DNA of 64,000 nt, from NCBI GenBank assembly GCA_963836185.1, contig CAWIIQ010000001.1, forward strand, positions 1,952,001-2,016,000. The letters run 5' to 3'. The position numbers were made by a program, and so were the translations under genes. Below, one piece after another: positions 33,295 through 42,535 of the stretch (within the stretch, counting starts at the first letter, position 1; each line of letters begins with the position of its first letter). This stretch comes from Candidatus Krumholzibacteriia bacterium (lineage in GTDB: Bacteria > Krumholzibacteriota > Krumholzibacteriia > Krumholzibacteriales > Krumholzibacteriaceae). The notes beneath the pieces are model-generated. The model saw only the letters and a list, made by a program, of their open reading frames with translations. It had not been told where the DNA came from and made no database searches.

Positions 33295-36200
33295 TTATCT
33301 CAATAGCACCATCTTGCGTGTCTGGAGCTGCTCACCCGTTATCATCCTGAGAAAATATATCCCCGAGGATACCGCGATCCCGTTCTCGCTCATCCCGTCC
33401 CAGGTCACTTCCGCCGGACCGGCCGGCATCGAACTGTCGACCAGTCTCTTTACCAGGCTGCCGCGGACATCGTAGATGTTTATCACTACCCTCGCGCTTG
33501 TCGAGCCGCTCCCCTCTGCCCTGCCCGGCACGTCGAATCTTATCACAGTCGAAGGGTTGAACGGGTTGGGGAAATTCTGGTAGAGACGGGCAGGGTACTT
33601 GACGGTCCTGCCGTCATCCCCGGTGGTCGAACCGCGGATCATGAAGGTGCTGCCCGGAATTATCTCGTTCCTGTAGCACGAAACATCCGTCACGCCGCTG
33701 ACTGAGACAGAGTATCCGTAATCGATATCGTACCCCAGTGCGAGCTGGACGGTCTTGCCGTCGGGCTGGAGTGTCGCGGAAAGTACCGGCACCGTGTTGG
33801 ACGGGACCGATGGTCTGGTAGACAGTGTAGTTGGCGACATTCTCCGCGCCCTGTCTCCTCGACTTCCTCACTGAACAGTACGTTCACAAGGCTGTCGGCG
33901 GCAGCGTCCCTGCTCGCATATTCGATGAGTCGGGGATACGAGATCGTCCGCCTCGTCGGGAACGCCGTCGCTGTTGCCGTCGACCGTGAATGTATACACA
34001 TTATCGATCGTCGGAAGAAGGGCCGATATATTGTTTGGCGCCGAATCCCCGCCGAGCTCGCCGTCAGGCTCGGGATCCCAGCAGATCGAGGCCACTATCG
34101 ATATCGAGGCGCCGGCCGGTACGGTGTTGTGCCCGAGTCCGAAGAGGATATCCCACGGGATAGCCAGCTCGCTCCCGCCGAGGTCCCCGTTGATGTGCTG
34201 CGAATCGAAATCTGAGAATATCGAATCAGACAGCGATGCCGTGGTCGTGGCGCTCTCTATCCTCTCGAACGAGTCCCCGTCGTACTGACCCTGGTGCTGG
34301 TAGCAGCCGTACTGGAAGTCGGCCCTGAAACCGGAGGCTGTGAAGGCCGCGCCCCTCTCCCAGCTGTCGATCGCCGTAAGGTCGGTCTGGCCGTTCGGGC
34401 CGCCCGGATCGGTGTCGAAGTAGATCAGCCAGCTGTTGCCGGTGACTACACCGTCGAGTGCCACGTAGAGGTATGTCGAATCCCACGTGACATAGAGTGC
34501 GTCGATCTCGTTCGCCGCGGTCCACTCCGAGTCGTTCGAATCGGCGACGGCCATGCGGCATTCGTTCCATTCATCAGTATCGATAAAGCCGTCGATCGTC
34601 ACCATGGTCTCGGGTCCGTAATAGACGGGGATGTCATCCACGCTGGTAATCGCGTTGTTAGGATTACCGTTCATATCGAATGCCGTGGAGGATGCCATCA
34701 TCAGCTCCATCGCACCGGTATCGAGCGCCTCCAGGGCGGCAGCGTCCGGGGAGGTCAACTGCAGCGTCAGCTGGAAAGAGCTCAGAAGTCTCGATGACCG
34801 TCAGTCCCCGACGAAAGGGTCAGCTCGGGGATACCGTCATCGTCATCATCGATCGAGACACCAGTCACGACGAACGTCGAATGATCGGTCACCTGGTTGA
34901 ACTCTAGCTTGAGCTTGTCAGAACCCGGGAAGTATGTCGCGGATAACGGAGCGGGGCCGATCGTATCGGCCAGTCCCGCAAGGGCACGCAACTCGGCTAT
35001 CTCGCCGGTGCCGTCCGGCGCGCTTGTCGTTCCCGCGTAGAAAAGGAATTCGAAGACTCCGCTGCCGTAGAACTCGTCGCCCTTCATGATCCTGCCGGAG
35101 AAATCGAAGTTGTGCGATGTCCCCGCCTGTCCGGCGATGATCGCGGCGGTAGCGCCATTGTTCGGGTTGCGCTGGCCGTAGTAGGCTGTGTCACTTACCC
35201 AGACGCGGTCCATCTGCGCGTTCCAGAGCAGATCAACAAGCCCCGGGGAGTATCCGTTCTTGATATACTGCGTCGTGCGTCCGACCTCGTAAATAACGTC
35301 AAGGTAAGGCTGTCCGGCTGTCAGCTTGACCAGCTTGCGAACTCCCTGGTGGGTCATCTCGACCTCGACGGTCGTGCCTGTAGGCTGGATGATCGTCATG
35401 TCGTACTGGTTGTGCTGGTAGTCGGGTCCGACGTCGCTGAGCAGGCCGACATGGTTGACGTCGTTGTAGTCGCCCTCCGTTCCGGCCCAGTACGCGACGT
35501 CCACACCGATGACGGAAAAGTCGTAGCCGGGACCCTTGGCGAATAGGTTCGTCGCCCGGCCGCCCGTACCCTCGAATACGGCGAAGAGGCGGTCGTTGTG
35601 CATGACGAGCTCGTTCCATCCGTCGTTGTCCATGTCGGCGAAGTACGCTCCCGTAGTGGCGGCATACTCGCCGTTCGCCCAGTGCGCCGCCTCGGCGTAC
35701 ATGTTCGTGTTCTTGATATGGCCCGAATAGAGGAGCTGCCAGCCGCTTATATCCCCGCCGAGGCCGTCGTGCCAGCCGGTCTCATGGAGGTTCATCATCA
35801 GCGTGTACCAGCCGCCCTGCGAGATGTTGTTGTCAGGTGCGGACAGGAGGGCGTTGTACGCGTCGTTCCATATCGTTCCGTGGTCCTTGCAGTTGCCTCC
35901 GCGGCCCGCGTCGCAGAGCCCGCTGCCGTCGCCGCCGGAGGAATACGGGATATACCCCGCGTAGTGTGTGTACCAGCCGTTGTTCCCGCCGCCGTACCCG
36001 GCGGTCCCGCCGATCTCGGTATATGTGCCGTATGTGACGTTGAATGATGAACTGCCGTTGAAGTTCGGGTTGGTCACCGCGTCGGCGACTTTCCATACCG
36101 AGATCCAGGCGCTTTCCTCTGAGCATTTGCCTATGAACCAGTCGTAGGTCTCCTTGGCGTTCGGGGTCGAGGTCGCCCAGCTCCCCATCTCGGCGGCAGC

Positions 36201-37584
36201 TTCCCAGTCCTCGGCGTACAGGGCGATGCGGTAGTCCCCAAACCCAGAGTTGTGAAGGTCGGTCAGTATCTGCAGGGCCGCCGCACCGTTTCCGCCGACG
36301 ATGTTCCCGGTGAAGCTGCGGTCCCGCGGGATGACCTTCAAGGTGCTCCCGCTGAACTGGTGTATCTGGTGATTATCGTAGCCCTGGCAGTGAACATCGT
36401 CATCGAGGATGACTGCCCAGATGCCATGACTCTCCCAGTTGTCGATCAGGTTGTCGATCACCCCCGCATCGGGATAGGCGCCCGGATCGAGCCATACCCT
36501 CTCCGGAACCCATGCGACGCGCGGGTAATATCCGTATCTCGTATTGGTCATCTGAGTCTGGACATTGACGGCCCAGTCGTTCATCGAGTTATGAACGAAC
36601 GGCATCATGTGCTGGCCCCATGCCGAGCTGACCATCCCGGCCCAGCCAGCCGTGACGCCCGAGGCGAGCCACGCGTTGAAATCGCCGGGATCGCCGTTGT
36701 TCGCGTCCCACTCGGCCGAGGTCTGAAGCGGTCCGCAGAGATGGAAGTTTCCGGGGATCGATGTCGCCTCGTGGACCTGGAGCTGCCTCGTCGAAACCGC
36801 TGCCCTCGGGATCGTCGTACCTGCCCCAGAAGACATCGCTGTATGCGAGCCCCTGGTTCCCGTGATGGACGAAAGCGCAGTTGGCGCCTGGCGACAGCGG
36901 AGACATCGAGTCGGCGGAGAGCCTGTCGACCACCTTCCCGCCTGATACCGAGATCACCTCGAATGTGACCGGAGTCCCTGACGGGGCCGACGGCAATTTC
37001 GATGCTCGCAACGCGGCGTCAGAGAACGACCGCGAGACAGCGACCGCTCCCTCGAGATACTCCCCCTTGTGATTTACCAGCGCCCTGGTGAGAACCGGGG
37101 CAGGGCCTGCCAGATCAGTGGCGAACGACAACGCCCTTGAAGCTGTGTCCTTTGAAAGGGGAGAGAGGACGACCGCCTCGTCCCAGTCTATCGACGCGGA
37201 ACCTGGAAGTCCCGCCGGAAGGGTGGATCCTCCACCGTCCTGGTAATCTATCAGGACGATGATCCCGGGCTCATCCCTGCTGAAGAGGTCCACTCCGCCG
37301 GCAGGATCTATCATGCGCGCCATGCTGACCCTGAAGACGAGCTCCTCTCCCGCCTCGTGGAAATAGAAGGCGAGGATATCGGCTCCTTCGGATCCCGAGG
37401 GTACGTCGAGGACGTCGTCCACTGCCCTGACGTGATCACGCCCCCAGCTGAACAGTGGCAGGCCCTCGGAACTGCCGAGCAGATCGACAGTGGCCGGGTT
37501 CCGTGCTGCGGGTGCCGGACCGGAGAGCAGAAAGAGTATTACTGGTACAGCGAGAAGACAGGTGATAGGTGACCTGGGACTCAT
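33295..37584 (-). CDS. Secreted GH57 glycoside hydrolase (4-alpha-glucanotransferase/amylopullulanase-like) with DOMON-like and Ig domains and FlgD/T9SS type-A tail (frameshifted)
   Basis: Signal peptide; FVHHGNQ, HLCGPL, WVPERVW (nucleophile) and YAEDWE (acid/base); DUF1926-like DMDNDGWNELV...GGR; tail YQNFPNPFNP...TRKMVLLR. Fragments 36589-37584, 34782-36836, 33868-34758, 33690-34001 and 33295-33840. Confidence 0.8.
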
Positions 37585-37747
37585 CGTTCCTCCAGACAGG
37601 CTCTGCCGGGCCCGGCGCTCAGCTTCGCTTCGGGCACGTCGATGTCAAAAAGGCGGTCCGGATGCAGGATAGTCCACCGGAAGCTGCAAGCCGCCGGCAA
37701 CACTTCCGGCCGCCTCAAAAACTCGCATCAAAACGTGTTAAAAACAG

Positions 37748-37791
37748 AAAAGGGGATATCTTCAGCCGGTAATTGACAGAAGATATCCCCT
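37748..37791 (-). terminator. Intrinsic terminator
   Basis: Inverted repeat AGGGGATATCTTC...GAAGATATCCCCT with a T tail on the minus strand. Confidence 0.8.
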
Positions 37792-37808
37792 CGACGATCA
37801 GTGTGACC

Positions 37809-38657
37809 CTAGTTATGGATCTTCTTGATCGCACCCCATGTCGACTCTTCTGTGCCTATTCCGCACAGAGGACAGTCGTCCCCTACGTAATTGTTCCAGT
37901 GGTCAACCCACGGAATAATGTAGACAGGACCGGAATCGTCGATGGTGACCATTCTGTTACCACCCGGCTCCCAGTCAACACAGTCATGAATCTTGTACTT
38001 CCACTCGATAGCAGGATTGCCGCCTGAAGCAAAGAGAATACCGACCTCGTAATAGAGCGGGCTGGCTCCCAGACAGGGCTGAACCATGGGAACACCGGCG
38101 CCCCAGGCTGTCAGCTCAGCAGCACTTCCTACTACACACACGCCGCCGGGAGCGGGGTCATAGCTCTCGTCTCCCTCCGGGGGCAGGCAGATTCGGAAAT
38201 ATACCATCACGTCCTGGCCGAGGGCCGCGGTGATGTTGAGCTTGAACGGAGGATCGTTGCTGTTCTGGTCCTGGGCACTGGCGGTCGAGCCGTCGGTCCC
38301 GTCATAGACTTCGCAGTAGAACCAGATCTCCGAGTTGCCCTCGAGAGCGGCAGCGGGGATATCTCCCTTGTACTCGTCATTGTTTCCTACGTCACCCCAG
38401 TAGCCCATCGCTACTTCAGTGTAAGGGCCGCCGAACGGGCCATAGAAAAGACTCGCGGAGAGTGAGTCACCCTGTCCCTCGGCGTCGGTGAAGCCTTCCT
38501 TCCAGATCTGGACGTAGACTCCGACGTCAGCGCCCTCGGTCACGGTATAATCGTGAGTGGGCCATACGTTCCCGGACCAGCCGACTGCCGCCATGGAGGC
38601 ACCTGAAAGGGCCATCAAGACTGTAGCGGCTACGATGCACGTTAGCACCTTTTTCAT
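37809..38657 (-). CDS. Secreted protein with a CBM20-like starch-binding domain and C-terminal TWGAIK motif
   Basis: Signal peptide; VGNNDEY motif; CBM20-like VCVVGSAAELTAW...IEWKY...WEPGGNR; ends GTEESTWGAIKKIHN. RBS AAGGAGG. Confidence 0.75.
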   Translation of the reverse strand: MKKVLTCIVAATVLMALSGASMAAVGWSGNVWPTHDYTVTEGADVGVYVQIWKEGFTDAEGQGDSLSASLFYGPFGGPYTEVAMGYWGDVGNNDEYKGDIPAAALEGNSEIWFYCEVYDGTDGSTASAQDQNSNDPPFKLNITAALGQDVMVYFRICLPPEGDESYDPAPGGVCVVGSAAELTAWGAGVPMVQPCLGASPLYYEVGILFASGGNPAIEWKYKIHDCVDWEPGGNRMVTIDDSGPVYIIPWVDHWNNYVGDDCPLCGIGTEESTWGAIKKIHN

Positions 38658-38767
38658 ATTGTCCTCCTTCGGCAGATGCCGATAAGACTAACAACTGAAA
38701 GTGAATTTATTAAATGCACTGCTCCGAAAACCCTCATGAAATTTCAGAGGGAATTCAGTCAAGCCAT

Positions 38768-38796
38768 ATTGTACCATAAAGTTGCGCAAAAGTCAA
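38768..38796 (-). promoter_or_regulatory. Strong sigma70 promoter of the leftward alpha-glucan arm
   Basis: Minus strand TTGACT (38791-38796), 17-bp spacer, extended -10 TGG-TACAAT (38768-38776). Palindrome TTGCGCAA lies in the spacer. Confidence 0.7.
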
Positions 38797-38949
38797 TTGG
38801 AAAGAATCATTCTTGATTAGCATGCATCATAGCTGATCTGTTCTTTTGATGGAATTGAGGGCCCGTTCGGCTGTAAAATCAAATATGGACCCCGTCAATC
38901 ACTTATAGCAGTGTCAGTTCCACATTCTCTCTGACAATGGAGGAATACT

Positions 38950-40164
38950 ATGAAGACCTTCCCGCGAACCGCCTTGCTGCTTCTCCTGGTTATCTCCACC
39001 CTCTCGATCCTCTTTTCCTGCGCTGAGACAGAAACTGAGACCGTCCCCTGGAGCACCGGCTCCCTTACCGCTGGGTATAACACATTCGGTATAGGACTCT
39101 TCTTGAGCGAGGTATCAGGCGGCAACGGCGAGAACGTCTTCGTCTCCCCTGTCAGCGTCGCCCTCTGCCTCGGCATGGCATACAACGGTGCATCCGGATC
39201 GACGGCATCAGAGATGGCTCTACTGCTCGGCGCCGGGGGGATCACCGTTGAGGGATTCAACTCCGCTAATGAAACTCTCATCAAAGGGCTCTCGGATACG
39301 GGCACCGGCATCACACTTTCGATCGCCAACTCGCTATGGCTGAAGGATGGGTTCCCCTTCAGGAAGGAATTCGTCAAACGGAATGAAAAATCTTTCGGCG
39401 CCGGCGTGTTTCAACTCAATACGGAGAAGGAGATCAACGACTGGGTGAAGAAAAGGACCGAACAGATGATCCCGTCGATCATCGATTCAGTCGATCCCGC
39501 TGATATCGCGATCCTCGTGAACGCGATCTTCTTCAAGGGTGAATGGACCGTCGAATTTGACGAGGATAATACCCGGGACAAACCTTTCCATTCGCCGAAG
39601 GGTGAGAAGACTGTTCCCATGATGAAGCGTACGGGAGATCTCATCTGTCACGGCAACGAACTCTTCCAGGCAGTCAGGCTTCCGTACGGGAAGGACGGCG
39701 GGACCTCGATGCTTGTCCTCCTCCCCGCCGCCGGGACCACACTGTCCAGCCTGGTCGAGAAACTGACTCTCGAAAGCTGGGCGACATGGACATCCGCGCT
39801 GACAAAACGCGAGGGCACTATCGAAATGCCGCGCTTCAGGGCGGAATACTTCTCGCAGCTCAACGGGACACTCTCCGGTATGGGGATGAAAGAGGCGTTC
39901 AAGCGCAGCGCCGACTTCAGCAACCTCTGCGAATGCGCGCCCGGGGACGTCTATATAAGCGACGTGCTGCACAAGGCTGTCATAGAGGTCAACGAGAAAG
40001 GAACGGAAGCTGCAGCGGCGACGTCGATCACGATGAGGCTCACATCAGCGATGCCGACAGAGGATCCCTTCCACATGATCGTGGACAGGCCGTTCTTGAT
40101 CGCTATCGTCGACGACGATACTGGACTGATACTGTTCATGGGCGGGATAAACGATCCGGAATAA
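38950..40164 (+). CDS. Serpin-family protease inhibitor, lipoprotein
   Basis: Lipobox LFS-C; NVFVSPVS, LVNAIFFKGEW, hinge/RCL VNEKGTEAAAAT and DRPF...ILFMG. Confidence 0.93.
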   Translation: MKTFPRTALLLLLVISTLSILFSCAETETETVPWSTGSLTAGYNTFGIGLFLSEVSGGNGENVFVSPVSVALCLGMAYNGASGSTASEMALLLGAGGITVEGFNSANETLIKGLSDTGTGITLSIANSLWLKDGFPFRKEFVKRNEKSFGAGVFQLNTEKEINDWVKKRTEQMIPSIIDSVDPADIAILVNAIFFKGEWTVEFDEDNTRDKPFHSPKGEKTVPMMKRTGDLICHGNELFQAVRLPYGKDGGTSMLVLLPAAGTTLSSLVEKLTLESWATWTSALTKREGTIEMPRFRAEYFSQLNGTLSGMGMKEAFKRSADFSNLCECAPGDVYISDVLHKAVIEVNEKGTEAAAATSITMRLTSAMPTEDPFHMIVDRPFLIAIVDDDTGLILFMGGINDPE

Positions 40165-40170
40165 GGGGCG

Positions 40171-41175
40171 CTACTCGTCCTCGGACTTCTCCGCCTCGAT
40201 AACGGCGGTATAGAGCTCTCGCATCAGCTCGTCGAGGCCCATACGCGCCAGGGCCGAGATGACATGCATCCTCTCTTCACCCTCAGGGCTGAATTCCACA
40301 TCATCCCTGCCTCCCGGGAGCAGGTCGACCTTGTTGAGGGCGACGAAGCGCGGCCTCTCGAGGAGAGCCGCGCTGTACTGCCCCAGCTCCGAGAGAAGCT
40401 GGCGGTACGCTTCATCGGCCGAAGCCTCGTGGGAAGCGGTATCGAGTATGAAACAGAGCACCCTGCACCTCTCGACGTGGCGGAGGAACTCGAGGCCAAG
40501 ACCCTTCCCCTCGTGCGCTCCCTCTATCAGGCCGGGGATGTCTACCATGCAGAAGGAGGCCATCTCGTCTATCTTCACGATGCCGAGGTTCGGCGAGGTG
40601 GTCGAGAAGGGATACTCCGCCACGACAGGGTTCGCCTCGCTCACCGAGCGAAGCAGCGTCGACTTGCCGGCGTTTGGAAGGCCGACCAGCCCGACATCGG
40701 CGATCAGCTTGAGCGTCAACCTGAGGTTTCTCTCATCGCCCGGAGCGCCCGGTATCGCCCTCAGCGGCGCCTGGTCGGTCGCGGTCCTGAAGTGCCAGTT
40801 ACCCTGCCCGCCCCTTCCGCCGGTGACAATCGTTATCTCGTCATGATCCCCTGTAAGGTCGGCTATCATCTCGCCCGTGTCTTTGTCCTCGACCAGTGTT
40901 CCGGGCGGGACCTTGATGATCACAGGCGGGGAGCTCTTTCCTGTCTTCCGGGCGCCCTCTCCCGGCCTGCCGTTCTTCGCCACGTATTCACGCCTGTACC
41001 TCAGGTCGAGCAGCGTCCTCATCTGCGGCTGCACCCTGATTATGACATCGCCGCCCCTGCCGCCGTCCCCGCCGTCGGGGCCTCCGCGGGGCACGAACTT
41101 CTCCCTGCGGAAGGATACGCATCCGTTTCCCCCGTTACCAGACCTGACCCTGAGCTCCACCCTGTCAATGAACAT
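40171..41175 (-). CDS. obgE: GTPase ObgE/CgtA
   Basis: MFIDRV..GNGGNG..FRREKFVPRGGPDGGDGG, GLPNAGKSTL, DIPGLIEGAHEGKGLG and NKVD. Confidence 0.97.
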   Translation of the reverse strand: MFIDRVELRVRSGNGGNGCVSFRREKFVPRGGPDGGDGGRGGDVIIRVQPQMRTLLDLRYRREYVAKNGRPGEGARKTGKSSPPVIIKVPPGTLVEDKDTGEMIADLTGDHDEITIVTGGRGGQGNWHFRTATDQAPLRAIPGAPGDERNLRLTLKLIADVGLVGLPNAGKSTLLRSVSEANPVVAEYPFSTTSPNLGIVKIDEMASFCMVDIPGLIEGAHEGKGLGLEFLRHVERCRVLCFILDTASHEASADEAYRQLLSELGQYSAALLERPRFVALNKVDLLPGGRDDVEFSPEGEERMHVISALARMGLDELMRELYTAVIEAEKSEDE

Positions 41176-42535
41176 CGATCTGCTCCTCCCGGTCGAAATA
41201 CTTGCCGGGATTGAATATATTGTCCGGATCCATCGCCTTCATTATCCGGTACTGAAGCTCGAGCTCGGCCGGCGAACAGACCATGCCGAGGAATTCCTTC
41301 TTCGTCATCCCGATCCCGTGCTCTCCACTGAGCGTCCCGCCCATCCCGGCGACGTGGCTGAAGAGGCGCTCGACAAATACCATCGCCCTCTCCATCTCCT
41401 CAGTGCGGCGCCTGTCGGTCATGATATTGACATGCAGGTTTCCGTCCCCGCAGTGTCCGAAGACATAGCAGTCGAGACTGAGATCCGTTGCCATGTCGTG
41501 TATCCAGGAGACCGCTTCTCCCAGCCTGCCAAGGGGAAGCGAGACATCTTCATTGACCTTGGTGATCCCCATTCGCGCCAGGCTCGGGCTCACCGACCTT
41601 CGCAGCTCCCAGAGGATCTCCCTCTCCTCATCGTCACGGGCCGTCAGCATTTCGAGACCCTTTTCCACGCAGAAGGAAGAGAGAAGGGCATACTGCACCT
41701 CCACCTCTTCAGGAGAGCCGTCCATCTCGAAAAAGAGATAACTGCTCCCGTCGACCGTTCCGGAGAGCTCCCTGTACTCGCTCACACATCGCATCGTCTT
41801 CGAGTCTATGAACTCGAGCACGCTCGGCGTGAACCCTGTCGCGAGAAGCGTGGAGGCCATGTTCATCGCCTCACCGTCGTCACCGGTAGCCACGAGCGCG
41901 GTCCTGAACGACTCAGGCCTCGGCAGCACCCGCATAGTAGCGGAATATATCGCCCCGAGAGTCCCCTCGGCCCCTATGAGAAGTGCGCCGGGGCCGCTCG
42001 GCTCCGATTCTATGATATCTCCATCAGCATCGATCCAGACCATCGACTTTACGTAACGTCTAGTCACACCGTACTTGTAAGCCCTCGGGCCGCCTGCGTT
42101 CTCCGCGATGTTGCCGCCGATCGTGGATACCCTGAAACTCGCCGGGTCAGGGGGATAGAACAATCCGTGCCCGCCGAGATACTCCTGGAGATCGTTGTTG
42201 ACGATCCCTGATTCGACCGTCACGGTACACGCCGAGGTGTCGAGGCCGAGCACCCGGTTCATCTTCTCTGTCGAGACGACGATCCCTCCGGCGGGGACCG
42301 AGCCCCCTGAGAAGCCGGTGCCGGCCCCTCTCATGAAAAGAGGCATGCCAGAGCGGCGCGCCTCGATCACTGTCTTCCTGAGATCATCGAGAGACTGCGG
42401 GAAGACGACGGCATCACACCGTCCCCGCCTGCCGGTGGCATCGAAACCGTACGAAACTGTATAGCGGGCCTCTCTACGGAAAGGAATACCCTGCAGCCTG
42501 TTACCTAATTCTTTTATTCTGCTTTCGAGCTCCAT
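41165..42535 (-). CDS. FAD-linked oxidase, GlcD/D-lactate dehydrogenase-like
   Basis: RGAGTGFSGG, YPPDPAS..STIGGNIAENAGG..KYGVT, GHCGDGNLH, SGEHGIG and DPDNIFNPGK. Confidence 0.9.
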   Translation of the reverse strand: MELESRIKELGNRLQGIPFRREARYTVSYGFDATGRRGRCDAVVFPQSLDDLRKTVIEARRSGMPLFMRGAGTGFSGGSVPAGGIVVSTEKMNRVLGLDTSACTVTVESGIVNNDLQEYLGGHGLFYPPDPASFRVSTIGGNIAENAGGPRAYKYGVTRRYVKSMVWIDADGDIIESEPSGPGALLIGAEGTLGAIYSATMRVLPRPESFRTALVATGDDGEAMNMASTLLATGFTPSVLEFIDSKTMRCVSEYRELSGTVDGSSYLFFEMDGSPEEVEVQYALLSSFCVEKGLEMLTARDDEEREILWELRRSVSPSLARMGITKVNEDVSLPLGRLGEAVSWIHDMATDLSLDCYVFGHCGDGNLHVNIMTDRRRTEEMERAMVFVERLFSHVAGMGGTLSGEHGIGMTKKEFLGMVCSPAELELQYRIMKAMDPDNIFNPGKYFDREEQIDVH

